53,813 bases of DNA, taken from a virus. Its lineage: Duplodnaviria; Caudoviricetes. Under the pieces are notes generated by a model. That model made no database searches. It saw only the letters and a list, made by a program, of their open reading frames with translations, and was not told the DNA's origin. Positions 1-9,540 of this stretch are shown here, one piece after another (positions within the stretch are counted from its first letter, which is position 1; every line of letters starts with the position of its first letter). The position numbers and the translations under genes are program-made. The stretch covers positions 1-53,813 of the IMG/VR virus record IMGVR_UViG_3300032309_000894; one strand, given 5' to 3'.

Positions 1-103
1 AGGGACAGCTCAACCTTATCTTAATCAGTCTGCAATTCAAAATATTGCAGGCGCAGCTCAACCGTATTTTCAGCGTTCTGCGTCTCAAGATATTTTAGGG
101 ACA
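1..103. repeat. Terminal overlap, identical to 53711-53813 (circular assembly junction)
   Basis: Exact 103-nt identity of first and last bases; the reading frame runs through the join. Confidence 0.95.
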
Positions 104-820
104 GCTCAACCTTATCTTAATCAAGCCGCGTCTCAAAATATTTTTGGAGCGGCTCAGCCATATCTTCAAGGATCAGCATCTCAAGACATTGTAGGTGCCG
201 GTCAACCCTATCTTAATCGAGCCGCATCTCAAGATATTGCAGGGGCAGCTCAACCGTATTTTCAACGTTCGGCGTCTCAAGATATTACAGGAGCCGCGCA
301 GCCTTATCTTAACCAAGCCGCGTCTCAAAATATTTTTGGAGCGGCTCAGCCATATCTTCAAAGTTCTGCGTCTCAAGATATTGTAGGGGCAGGTCAACCT
401 TATCTTAATCGAGCCGCATCTCAAGATATTGCAGGCGCTGCTAAATCTTATTTTGACCAAGCTGCGTCAAAAAGCGGCGTCGGTGCAGCTCAAAAATATT
501 TTGATAAGGCATTTAATCTTGACAGTGTAAAAGCCGCTGATCCTTACCTTCAACGCGCATCGAATTTGGATGTCATAGGATCAGCGCAACCCTATCTTAA
601 TCGCGCGGGGTCTTTGGACGTCATAGGGTCAGCACAGCCCTATCTTAATCGTGCCGGGTCTTTGGACGCTATAGGGTCAGCCCAACCATATCTTAATCGT
701 GCGGGGGCTTTGGATGTTATAGGGTCGGCTCAACCCTACCTCAATCGCGCAGGGTCTTTGGATGTTATGGGTGCGGCTCAGCCTTTGCTGGGTAAGGCCG
801 AAACCACCACAGCGCAATCT
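1..820 (+). repeat. 48-nt (16-aa, AAQPYLNQAASQNIxG) coding tandem array, units 10-26
   Basis: Manual translation; continues from 53283-53710. Confidence 0.95.
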
Positions 821-3067
821 CTTGCTGAACGCGCTTTGACAGCGGCAAATCCGTATTTGTCTGCTGCCGGTCAAACATCGGCATCCCAGGTCGGTCAATA
901 CATGTCGCCCTATCAGCAGGGCGTGCTGGACGTCATTGCAAAGCAAGGTGCTCGCAATTTATCCGAGAATCTGCTGCCGCAAGTCTCTGACGCCTTTATC
1001 AAAGCCGGACAATTTGGCAGTAACCGGATGGGCGAGTTTGGTTCTCGCGCTTTGCGAGATACGCAGGAAGCTGTCCTCAAAGAGCAATCCCAAGCGGCCC
1101 AGCAGGGTTACGGCCAGTCTCTCAACGCCGCCCAGGCCGATCTGGCGCGGCAGGCTCAACTGGCTGGCACCGTGGGCAGCATCAGCGGCGCAGACTTGTC
1201 GCGCGTTCTTCAGGGCGGTGCCCAGTACGGTAACCTTGGCCAGACTTCCGGTCAGCTTACCGCTCAACAGTTGCAAGCTCTTAGCAATCTGGGTCAGACG
1301 ACGGGTCAGCTTACTGCTCAGCAATTACAGGGCCTCACTAATGTCGGTCAGACAAGCGGTCAGATTACAGCTCAACAATTGCAGGCTCTTACTAATTTGG
1401 GTCAGACAACTGGTCAGCTTACAAGCCAGCAAATGCAAAATCTTAATAACATTGGTCAGACAACTGGTCAGCTTACCAGTCAGCAGATGCAAAATCTAAC
1501 TAATATTGGTCAGACTTACGGTCAACTTACCAACCAACAAATGCAAAATCTGATAAATCTCGGTACTTCAACAGGTCAGCTAACAAATCAAGAAGCACAA
1601 AATCTTATCAATATGGGTCAGTCTTCTGGTCAGTTAACTGCCCAGCAAGCTCAAACCCTTGCAAATATTGGTCAGACATCTAGCCAAATTACCGCACAGC
1701 AAGCGCAAAATCTTGCTAACTTGGGACAAACATCAGGTCAACTTACGGCTCAACAAGCGCAAAGTCTTGCTAACATTGGTCAAACATCAGGACAACTTAC
1801 CGGCCAGCAAGCCGGTGTTTTGGCAAATCTTGGGCAATCCTCCGGCCAGCTTACCGCGCAACAGGCCCAGAGCCTCGCCAATATTGGCCAAACATCTAGT
1901 CAAATCACCGCCCAACAAGCGCAAAATCTTGCCAATTTGGGGCAAACGTCCGGTCAACTTACGGCTCAGCAAGCTCAGAGTCTTGCTAACATTGGCCAGA
2001 CATCAGGCCAACTTACTGGTCAGCAGGCCGGTGTTTTAGCAAATTTGGGTCAATCGACCGGCCAGCTTACGGCTCAACAAGCACAAAATCTTGCTAATTT
2101 AGGACAAACGTCTGGACAGCTTGCTGGTCAGCAGGCCGGTGTTTTGGCGAATTTGGGTCAGTCTTCCGGTCAGCTAACTGCTCAGCAGGCTCAAAGCCTT
2201 GCTAATATTGGTCAGACATCCGGTCAGCTTACTGGTCAGCAAGCGCAAAATCTCATTAACATGGGTCAATCCACTGGCCAGCTTACCGCTCAACAAGCGC
2301 AGAGCCTTGCCAACATTGGTCAGACATCCGGGCAACTTACGGCGCAGCAGGCACAAAACCTTGCCAATGTTGGTCAGACATCTGGTCAGCTCACCGCTCA
2401 ACAAGCGCATAGCCTTACCAATATCGGCCAGACATCCGGGCAACTCACCGCTCAACAAGCGCAAAACCTCGCCAATGTTGGCCAAACCGCAGGACAGCTT
2501 ACGGGTCAGCAGGCCAATATTTTTGCAAATCTCGGTCAAACCACCGGCCAGCTAACCGGTCAGCAGATGCAATATCTGACTAATCTAGGTCAAACATCGG
2601 GCCAGCTTACTGCCCAGCAGATGCAAACTCTCGCCAACATCGGCCAGATGCAAACAAGTGCGGGTCAGGCTCAGCAACAGTATGGTTTGTCTGCGGTGCA
2701 GCAGGCCCAGGCGGCGCAAGCGCAGGACTATGTGCGTCAGATGTCGGCGTTGCAGAGTGTTGGCGATATAGCGCGCCAGGGTCAGGCGTTGCGCACGGCT
2801 GATGCGGCGGCCCTTGAGTCTGCTGGTTTGGCGCAACAAAACCTTTCCCAAAAGGTTTTTGATGCAAATCTTGCCAAATTTAACGCTGAGCAAAATTATC
2901 CTAAATCTCAGTTGGATTGGCTTAGCACCCAGGTGCGTGGTATTGCTCCCTATGTGTCGGCGGCGCAGACGCAGGCCGGAACCACCACGGGTGCCAGCTA
3001 TTCACCATCGCCGCTGTCGCAATTGGCCACGGGCATCTATACTGCCAAGGGCTTGGCTAGTATCTGA
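1..3067 (+). CDS. 3' part of a giant repeat-rich virion/ejection protein (~1295 aa; true start at 52890, crosses the junction)
   Basis: Frame open from base 2 and in frame with ORF 566..3067; 16-aa and 18-aa arrays flank a YMSPY...AGQFGSNR core; lies among the last late genes. Confidence 0.85.
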   Translation, partial: GTAQPYLNQSAIQNIAGAAQPYFQRSASQDILGTAQPYLNQAASQNIFGAAQPYLQGSASQDIVGAGQPYLNRAASQDIAGAAQPYFQRSASQDITGAAQPYLNQAASQNIFGAAQPYLQSSASQDIVGAGQPYLNRAASQDIAGAAKSYFDQAASKSGVGAAQKYFDKAFNLDSVKAADPYLQRASNLDVIGSAQPYLNRAGSLDVIGSAQPYLNRAGSLDAIGSAQPYLNRAGALDVIGSAQPYLNRAGSLDVMGAAQPLLGKAETTTAQSLAERALTAANPYLSAAGQTSASQVGQYMSPYQQGVLDVIAKQGARNLSENLLPQVSDAFIKAGQFGSNRMGEFGSRALRDTQEAVLKEQSQAAQQGYGQSLNAAQADLARQAQLAGTVGSISGADLSRVLQGGAQYGNLGQTSGQLTAQQLQALSNLGQTTGQLTAQQLQGLTNVGQTSGQITAQQLQALTNLGQTTGQLTSQQMQNLNNIGQTTGQLTSQQMQNLTNIGQTYGQLTNQQMQNLINLGTSTGQLTNQEAQNLINMGQSSGQLTAQQAQTLANIGQTSSQITAQQAQNLANLGQTSGQLTAQQAQSLANIGQTSGQLTGQQAGVLANLGQSSGQLTAQQAQSLANIGQTSSQITAQQAQNLANLGQTSGQLTAQQAQSLANIGQTSGQLTGQQAGVLANLGQSTGQLTAQQAQNLANLGQTSGQLAGQQAGVLANLGQSSGQLTAQQAQSLANIGQTSGQLTGQQAQNLINMGQSTGQLTAQQAQSLANIGQTSGQLTAQQAQNLANVGQTSGQLTAQQAHSLTNIGQTSGQLTAQQAQNLANVGQTAGQLTGQQANIFANLGQTTGQLTGQQMQYLTNLGQTSGQLTAQQMQTLANIGQMQTSAGQAQQQYGLSAVQQAQAAQAQDYVRQMSALQSVGDIARQGQALRTADAAALESAGLAQQNLSQKVFDANLAKFNAEQNYPKSQLDWLSTQVRGIAPYVSAAQTQAGTTTGASYSPSPLSQLATGIYTAKGLASI
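1232..2635 (+). repeat. 54-nt (18-aa, NxGQTSGQLTAQQAQxLA) coding tandem array, 26 units
   Basis: Counted in the ORF translation; unit 26 starts at 2582 = 1232 + 25x54. Confidence 0.95.
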
Positions 3068-3078
3068 GGAAGCTGGAT

Positions 3079-4494
3079 ATGAAATCTGATCTGTATCGGC
3101 TGAACCAGAAATATCGCGGGGCACCGACCAAAAAGTCAGCCTACGCCAAGGGTGGTTCAGTGCGCCGTCACTTTGACGGGGGCGGCCTCAATGACATGGC
3201 GATGGCGTACAACGATGGCTCCGGTCAGGCTGATCCTACTGATGGCGCTGGCGGTGATGTCGCCCCACCGGCTGCGCCTGTTGTTGTCACCCCGCAGGCA
3301 GCGCCTCCTCCGGCAGCGGCGGTCGTCACACCACAAGCAACCGTTGTCGCGCCGCAGGCATCAGCAGCACTTGATCGCACGGCGGAACTTGAGGCACTGC
3401 TCAACCGGTATGCGCCGCCATCGAACCAATACACCCAGGAACTGGCAGAATCTCGGCGCAGGGCTCAGACCGAGACCGAGGCTTTCACCCGGATGATCCA
3501 GCAAATGTCTCAGCGCAGCGAGAGCCCGACATCGCGCGCCGAGATGTACTTCCGATTGGCGGCGGCTTTCGGATCGCCCACCAAGACAGGTAAGTTTGCT
3601 GAGAACTTGTCGCTCGTCGGCAAAGAGATGAGCGAATACGCCAAGGGTCGCCGGGCGGAAGAAAGCGATATGCGTAACCTTGCCTTGAAGGCTCAGGAAA
3701 TCCGCATGACCGGTGCCCGACAGGATTTGACCACGGCGCAGGCTTTGGCCGCACAGGAAACCGGGGAACGCCGCACTCTCGCGCGCGAAGTCATCAAGGA
3801 ATATCTCGCATCGGGTCGCCCGCAATCTGATGCCGGTAAAGTGGCAGAGGATATGGGTCTCCGACAGGGCACGCCTGAGCATCGTGAATTTGTCAACAGG
3901 TACATTGAAAGCAAGCGTGAAAGCGGCGACCTGTATAAACAGGCGATGATTGAGATGCAGCGAACCGGTCTTGAGCTTCGTCAGGCGGAAGCTGCTCGCA
4001 AAGCTGAACGCGACAAAGAACTTACACCTGCCGAACAGCGCATGCGGCTCGACGCAGAAGCCACTTTGAGCGCAACCGAAAGAGCACAAAGAACTATCAA
4101 CGAAGCTCTTAGAATTAACGATAATACTTTTGGCACATCGGCATTTGACACAGCGCAATATGCAATGCGGTCAATGGCAGGGTCAAATGACCCAAAAACC
4201 GCAAATACCGCTCGTCTTCGTGTTCTGTTGGGCGAAGCGGCAATTGCCCAATTGCGCGAGTCTTTTGGTAGTCAAATTACTGACAGTGAACGTGCCGCTT
4301 TGGATAGACTTCAGGGCGCTCTTGCTTCAACTCCAGAAATTCGTCGCGGTATATTGCAAAGGACGCTGGATGAACTTGAAAGGTCGCAGGCTCGCCAACG
4401 TAGCCTTGTCCAAGACATCACCAGCGGCAGGTATCGTCAGCAGCAACCTGCCCAGGCACCCGCCCAGCCGCCTGCCCAAGGAGAAACACCATGA
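3079..4494 (+). CDS. Putative internal virion/ejection protein
   Basis: 471 aa, helical A/E/R/Q-rich; N-terminal YAKGG and FDGGG motifs; GAGGA RBS; position in the late operon. Confidence 0.6.
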   Translation: MKSDLYRLNQKYRGAPTKKSAYAKGGSVRRHFDGGGLNDMAMAYNDGSGQADPTDGAGGDVAPPAAPVVVTPQAAPPPAAAVVTPQATVVAPQASAALDRTAELEALLNRYAPPSNQYTQELAESRRRAQTETEAFTRMIQQMSQRSESPTSRAEMYFRLAAAFGSPTKTGKFAENLSLVGKEMSEYAKGRRAEESDMRNLALKAQEIRMTGARQDLTTAQALAAQETGERRTLAREVIKEYLASGRPQSDAGKVAEDMGLRQGTPEHREFVNRYIESKRESGDLYKQAMIEMQRTGLELRQAEAARKAERDKELTPAEQRMRLDAEATLSATERAQRTINEALRINDNTFGTSAFDTAQYAMRSMAGSNDPKTANTARLRVLLGEAAIAQLRESFGSQITDSERAALDRLQGALASTPEIRRGILQRTLDELERSQARQRSLVQDITSGRYRQQQPAQAPAQPPAQGETP

Positions 4495-6620
4495 GCGATA
4501 GTCTCAATTTTGCCCGCGCCCTGATTGGGCAAGGCGTTGGCATGGGATGGGGTGACGAGGCCGAGGCATGGCTGCGCTCTCGCATTACCGGTCGCCCGTA
4601 TGAGGGCGAACGTGCGCGTATCAATCAGGAATATAACCAGTTCCAACAGCGCAACCCGTATCTGGCACCTGTCGCAGAGTTTGCGGGCGGCGTGCTTCCG
4701 GCAGTCGGTGCCTACATGGCTGTGCCATTCACAGGTGGCGCGGCAGCACCCGCCGCAGCCGCTACAACGGCTCGCACTGCCGGTGCCCTGGGCACCATTG
4801 CAAACCGCATCGCGGGCAACACAGCGGCTCGGGTGGGTGCCGGTGCGGCGACTGGGGCGGCAACTGGCGTGGGCATCAACGATCAGATTGACGAAGGTAC
4901 GGCCATTGATGCTGCCGCGCTCGGCACTCTTGGGGCTGTAACCGGAGGTCAGGCCCCTCGCGTCGCGCGTATGTTGGCAACTCCTTACGGTCGAGGGGCC
5001 GTTACCGGTGCCACACAAGGCGGCATCTCTGGCGCGGGCATGGCTGAACCTGACAGCCGCGTTGAAGGTGGAACGGTTGGGGCTTCTATCGGTGCCCCCG
5101 TCGGCGCGGCTGTCCCCGCTGTTGCGAGGAATGTTGGATCGGCCTGGAGATGGCTGAGCGAACGCCTGTCCCCCACGCCTGCAACTGTTGAACGCGGTGC
5201 CGCTGATCGGATCAACCGGGCTTTGAACCAAGCGGGTCTAGAGCCGTCTGATATTTCCACACGTCTTGACGCGGATAGGGCTATGGGCGTTCCGTCTGTC
5301 GTCGCCAACGTGGACCCTCGTCTGGCCACTCTTGCTGAAACCGTCACACAACGCAGTGGCCCCAGTTCCACCACGGTTGAGCGTGCTTTGGGTGAGCAAC
5401 GGGGTGGTGCCCGCCAGCGAGTTTATGGCCAAGTGGAACAAGGTCTTGATCCTGGCGACTTTTTTAACGATGAACAAAAACTTGTTAACACCATGCGCGC
5501 TCGCGCTGCACCAGCATATCAAGAAGCGTATCGTGTTGGCGAAGTGTTTGATCCGCAAATCACAAGTCTGTTGGAACTTCCACAATACCGGAGCGCTTGG
5601 AATACTGCCCGTGAGCTTGCGGCAGAAGATGCATCAAAAGCGCAAATTCAATCTATTCGTACAGGCTCGGCTTTTGATCCTGAAGAATTCAGGTTGCGCG
5701 AAATCTATCGTGTCACCGGCAAAGACCCCGATACAGGTGCGGACATTCTTGAGCTTGCTCAAACGGTACCTGACGTCCGCACGCTTGACTATATGAAACG
5801 GGCGCTTGATGCTCAACTTACCGCAGCCCTCACATCTGACAATCCTGTTGTTCGCGCTTCCATTTCTGCTTTGCGCGAACGTCGTAACGCCTTACGGGAT
5901 CGCACCAAAGAACTTGTGCCTGAATACCGCCGTGCGGTTGATGAATTTGCCAGTGATGCTAGTGTTTTAGATGCTATGCGTTCAGGCATGGACGATTTTG
6001 GTCGCCTTAAGCATGAAGAAATCGGTAGGCTTTTTGGCAACGGGCCAGGGGCTTTGAATGCTTCTGAACGTGAAGCGTTCCGCACGGGCGCGGCTCGCAA
6101 CATCTACAGCACGATCATGACCCCATCTGGAAACCCCAACATGGCGGATCGCCTTATTGGGTCGCCTGAAACCCGGCAGAAGCTCGAGGCCATGTTTGAC
6201 AGTCCGGCTCAATTTGATCTGTTTAGGGCGGCTCTTGAGCGCGAATCGCAGCTTTTCCAACAATCCAACCGCATTCTTGGAAATTCTGCCAGCGTTCGTC
6301 GCGCGTACAACGCCGCAGAATTTGAAGGCGGCGCTGATGTTGGAGAAGCAATGGCCGATGCTGCCCGTGGTAGCTGGGGGCGTTCTCTTACCAACATGGC
6401 GTTGCGGGCTTTTCGTGGAGGTGCCGACACCGATCAGATTGCTGAACGCACGGCCCGAATGCTCATGTCAAGCGATCCGGCAGAAGTGGCAGCGGCTGTC
6501 AGGGTGCTGGAAAACGCTTCTGAGAGGGCCGCACAAGGCGAGCGCCGCCTTGGCATGGGTGAGGCAGGGGTCATCGGCGGAACGGCTACAGGCGTCATCC
6601 CAGAGCCGTATACGGAGTAG
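4491..6620 (+). CDS. Putative DNA transfer/ejection protein
   Basis: 709 aa; Gly/Ala-rich hydrophobic segments followed by a helical domain; last late gene; ATGA overlap with the upstream gene. Confidence 0.6.
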   Translation: MSDSLNFARALIGQGVGMGWGDEAEAWLRSRITGRPYEGERARINQEYNQFQQRNPYLAPVAEFAGGVLPAVGAYMAVPFTGGAAAPAAAATTARTAGALGTIANRIAGNTAARVGAGAATGAATGVGINDQIDEGTAIDAAALGTLGAVTGGQAPRVARMLATPYGRGAVTGATQGGISGAGMAEPDSRVEGGTVGASIGAPVGAAVPAVARNVGSAWRWLSERLSPTPATVERGAADRINRALNQAGLEPSDISTRLDADRAMGVPSVVANVDPRLATLAETVTQRSGPSSTTVERALGEQRGGARQRVYGQVEQGLDPGDFFNDEQKLVNTMRARAAPAYQEAYRVGEVFDPQITSLLELPQYRSAWNTARELAAEDASKAQIQSIRTGSAFDPEEFRLREIYRVTGKDPDTGADILELAQTVPDVRTLDYMKRALDAQLTAALTSDNPVVRASISALRERRNALRDRTKELVPEYRRAVDEFASDASVLDAMRSGMDDFGRLKHEEIGRLFGNGPGALNASEREAFRTGAARNIYSTIMTPSGNPNMADRLIGSPETRQKLEAMFDSPAQFDLFRAALERESQLFQQSNRILGNSASVRRAYNAAEFEGGADVGEAMADAARGSWGRSLTNMALRAFRGGADTDQIAERTARMLMSSDPAEVAAAVRVLENASERAAQGERRLGMGEAGVIGGTATGVIPEPYTE

Positions 6621-6622
6621 GC

Positions 6623-7084
6623 TTACCGCTGCGTCTCGTAGAGCCACCGCGCCATCAACAGGGCTTCGGCGCGATCCGCGTGTTTCTTCAGATTGAGGGG
6701 TGCTGAAGGAAACATGCGGATCGCCAGGGCACGGCTCATCTCTTTGTCTGACGGCAGCTTAAAATGCTTCTTCCAGGCCGCTGGCGTGACGTAAGTCATG
6801 CCGATACCCATTGTGGCTACAACCGCCCGAGCGGCTCCAAAACTGTCGCCCAGGCTAAACGTCGATGAGGCACCCTGCTTGGGCATCGAGTTGACTCGCT
6901 CGATCACGCATAGCGCATGATAGTCACGAAGAATTGCAGAGAGACCTGCCGGGTCCACTTCATTCTTCACACTGCCCGAGCCTTTTGACACCGTGGGCAT
7001 ATCGAAGACAGCGTGAAACTCGCCGTTTTCGAGCACGCCCACGGCACCGGTCAGGCCCGGATCAATTCCAATTGTCAGCATCAT
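6623..7084 (-). CDS. ruvC: RuvC-like Holliday junction resolvase
   Basis: IGIDPG, VIE, PAAWK and DRAEA motifs. Confidence 0.85.
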   Translation of the reverse strand: MMLTIGIDPGLTGAVGVLENGEFHAVFDMPTVSKGSGSVKNEVDPAGLSAILRDYHALCVIERVNSMPKQGASSTFSLGDSFGAARAVVATMGIGMTYVTPAAWKKHFKLPSDKEMSRALAIRMFPSAPLNLKKHADRAEALLMARWLYETQR

Positions 7085-7917
7085 AGGGCCTCGTGATGTT
7101 CACAGCCCTGGCGTTGCTCATCCAGGGTCAGGGTGAAGCTGTTCAGGTTGCAAACCCACTTGCCTTCGGCACCCGGCGAACACATGGCGCAGGTACGGCA
7201 ATGATGCAGAGGCAGGGCTTCCTTGGTGCAGACCGCCTTCATGCTGCAAAACTTGCAGCCGAACGACGACGCATCATCGCTGATGCCTGCCGGGCGCAAC
7301 TGAGCCTCGACCAGCTTGCCGATCTTGGTTTGCAGCTTCGCCTGGGAGGCTTTGTCTTCCTTGACGCGCTCGACATAAAACTGCTCGTCGTCCTTGCAGA
7401 GGGCCACATACAGCGCCCGGGTGAATCCCCCCAGAGCCATGCTGATCTGCACCTGAGCATAGTGCAGCGGCTTGGCGTCCCTGACACCCTTCTTCAGTAG
7501 GCCGTCGAAGCTCTTTTTATTGTGGGTCTTAATCTCCAGTAGGTGCGGCTTATCGCTCTCTGGGACGTTTTTCACCACACCGTCGACCTTTGTGATGAAA
7601 TGCCCGGTCTGGTCGACAAACTCGAATTGCCGACCGTCCTCGCGCTTGTCCCAGACGGCAAACCCTGCCCGGCGCAGATCGGCCACGATCCGCTCCTCTT
7701 GCAGGTGCCCCGTCTCAAATAGGCGAAGCATGCGCCCTTCAAACTGGCCACGGGCGAAACCTCGCCACTCGAGCCAGATTTGACGGAGGCACTCCTCGCC
7801 TATGAAAGAGGAACCAAGCCGCCCCAGGTACAGGTCAGGGTTGACCTTTTCCTTCTCAATTGCCGCATAGATGCGGTTTACGATCTGCTGCTCAGGAGGG
7901 GGCGGGATGGCTACCAT
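7081..7917 (-). CDS. Cas4-like PD-(D/E)xK exonuclease
   Basis: VDG...LEIK...Q nuclease motif; one N-terminal Cys plus CKFC-x5-C; additional C-terminal Cys cluster. Confidence 0.75.
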   Translation of the reverse strand: MVAIPPPPEQQIVNRIYAAIEKEKVNPDLYLGRLGSSFIGEECLRQIWLEWRGFARGQFEGRMLRLFETGHLQEERIVADLRRAGFAVWDKREDGRQFEFVDQTGHFITKVDGVVKNVPESDKPHLLEIKTHNKKSFDGLLKKGVRDAKPLHYAQVQISMALGGFTRALYVALCKDDEQFYVERVKEDKASQAKLQTKIGKLVEAQLRPAGISDDASSFGCKFCSMKAVCTKEALPLHHCRTCAMCSPGAEGKWVCNLNSFTLTLDEQRQGCEHHEAL

Positions 7918-7920
7918 GGA

Positions 7921-8415
7921 TCAATCCCAGGGGTTCGCGCCCTTGGCTGCGGGCGCAGCCTTGGGTGCCGTCTTGGGGGCCGCTGGGGCCTTTTTCGCGG
8001 GGGCAGCATCATCGTCCTGAGAGGTCAGGAATGCCTTGATCTTGTTGCTTGCCTTGTAACCGTTCTTCGCCGGGTCGATGTCCACCGACGCGGCAAACGG
8101 CTTGCCGAGCAGTTTGTCGGTGTCATCGGCATTCGGCTTACCGCAGGCCGTGGCCCAGGCCACAATCTGCTGGCGACTGATGCGCTGAGCCGTCTCGCTC
8201 GCGTTCACAATGTTGAAGTTCTGCCACAGCAGGCGACCGGTATGCTCACCCTTGGCCACTTCAAACTTCGCCTTGATCATCGTGCCGCCGCTTGCCGTAG
8301 TCTTCTCCTCGGCCTCAACCGCCCGCAGGATATATTCACCTGCCGGGATCGGCTCATAGTCTGTCCGGGGCGCAGACGGTTCGACCTCAGTCACGTCAAA
8401 TCCAAATTTTGCCAT
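7921..8415 (-). CDS. ssDNA-binding protein (DUF669-like)
   Basis: PIPAGEY motif; low-complexity tail ending PWD; adjacent to Sak4-like gene. Confidence 0.7.
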   Translation of the reverse strand: MAKFGFDVTEVEPSAPRTDYEPIPAGEYILRAVEAEEKTTASGGTMIKAKFEVAKGEHTGRLLWQNFNIVNASETAQRISRQQIVAWATACGKPNADDTDKLLGKPFAASVDIDPAKNGYKASNKIKAFLTSQDDDAAPAKKAPAAPKTAPKAAPAAKGANPWD

Positions 8416-8430
8416 TGTCGTATTCCTTTC

Positions 8431-9171
8431 TCAGTTTGCGATGGGGATAACTTTGCCGAGATTCTCAATCGTCATCTCGATTTCGTCGGGGCAGGCATAG
8501 CGGTTCTTGGCCGCATAGGCCGGGTTCTCGACAAAATGCAGGAGGCGTTCGCCGGTCGTAACGCCGCGCGTCTTTTCCTTGTTGAAGCCGCTGTCGCTCT
8601 TGCGGATGATCACCTTGAATGCGGCAAACGCAATCACGTCAGCCCACTCTTGCAACAGCGCATTGCAGCGGTTCGGCAACTTCGGCTGATACCGGTCATA
8701 CGGCTCAGTCCGAGGGTCTTCAAACCGCACTACAGTGGCGTGGGCGATCAGCACCACGTTCATGCCACGCTTCAGGCGCAGCACATCCAGGCCCTGGAGG
8801 ATTTCGCGGAACTCCTCGGCCACCATCATCTGGCCCTTGCCGTATGCCAAATCCTTGGCCTCGTGCGTGGCCTCGACATTGCTGACGATGAGGGGCTCTA
8901 CCAGCCAATCGACGGAGTCGATCACCACGGTCTGAAAATCGTGATCCTCTTTGATCAGCGTCTTGATGCTTTCAACCACGTCCTTGATGTGCGCGGCTTT
9001 GGGAAAGCTGGTCACATCGAGGCTGTCGAGACCGTCTTCCGTGCTGATAAAAATCGGCCTGGGAAACTGGCTGGCGAGCGTGCTCTTGCCGATGCCGTGG
9101 CCGCCATAGATGACAATACGCGGCGGCACAGCTTGCTTGCCCTTCCGTAGGTTGCTTGTCCAATCACTCAT
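8431..9171 (-). CDS. Sak4-like AAA_24 ATPase (ssDNA annealing)
   Basis: Walker A GGHGIGKS, Walker B VVIDS, LIAH, AKNR. Confidence 0.85.
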   Translation of the reverse strand: MSDWTSNLRKGKQAVPPRIVIYGGHGIGKSTLASQFPRPIFISTEDGLDSLDVTSFPKAAHIKDVVESIKTLIKEDHDFQTVVIDSVDWLVEPLIVSNVEATHEAKDLAYGKGQMMVAEEFREILQGLDVLRLKRGMNVVLIAHATVVRFEDPRTEPYDRYQPKLPNRCNALLQEWADVIAFAAFKVIIRKSDSGFNKEKTRGVTTGERLLHFVENPAYAAKNRYACPDEIEMTIENLGKVIPIAN

Positions 9172-9189
9172 TGTGTTATCCTTTCGTTG

Positions 9190-9540
9190 TCAGTTTTCGG
9201 TTTCGCCAAAGTCAAAGCTCAACTGGCGGAAATCCCATTCCTGTTTCAGATATTGGAATGTCTCGCGGTCCCAGCTAAGCACGTTCACCTGATCATACTC
9301 TTCGGTGACCAGGGTCATACAGACAGCGCATAGCGTCGGGTCTCCGATCATCAGCAGGTAGTCGCCCGGCTTCCAATCTCGGAGCACTCGCTTTGCGCGG
9401 TCTATCATCGCACTCGTATCGTAGGGCTTGCGCGGGTTGTTAAACACCGCTCGCAAATTCCCGAAACGACGAGCATCTGAGAAATCTTTGTTTTTGTCGG
9501 CCTGGATCACAAAGACCGTCTTACTGTTTGGGTTTTCCAT
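9190..9540 (-). CDS. Small alpha/beta protein, function unknown
   Basis: 116 aa; GDYLLMIGDP; overlaps the polymerase stop. Confidence 0.6.
   Translation of the reverse strand: MENPNSKTVFVIQADKNKDFSDARRFGNLRAVFNNPRKPYDTSAMIDRAKRVLRDWKPGDYLLMIGDPTLCAVCMTLVTEEYDQVNVLSWDRETFQYLKQEWDFRQLSFDFGETEN

Noticed and set aside
1-2635. CRISPR-like array
   Set aside because: Units are contiguous 48/54-nt coding repeats with synonymous variation and no unique spacers; no cas operon is present (the Cas4-like gene is in the recombination module)
7780-9150. Long plus-strand ORF (456 aa) and similar antisense ORFs
   Set aside because: Shadow frames of GC-rich genes that have clear motifs on the opposite strand
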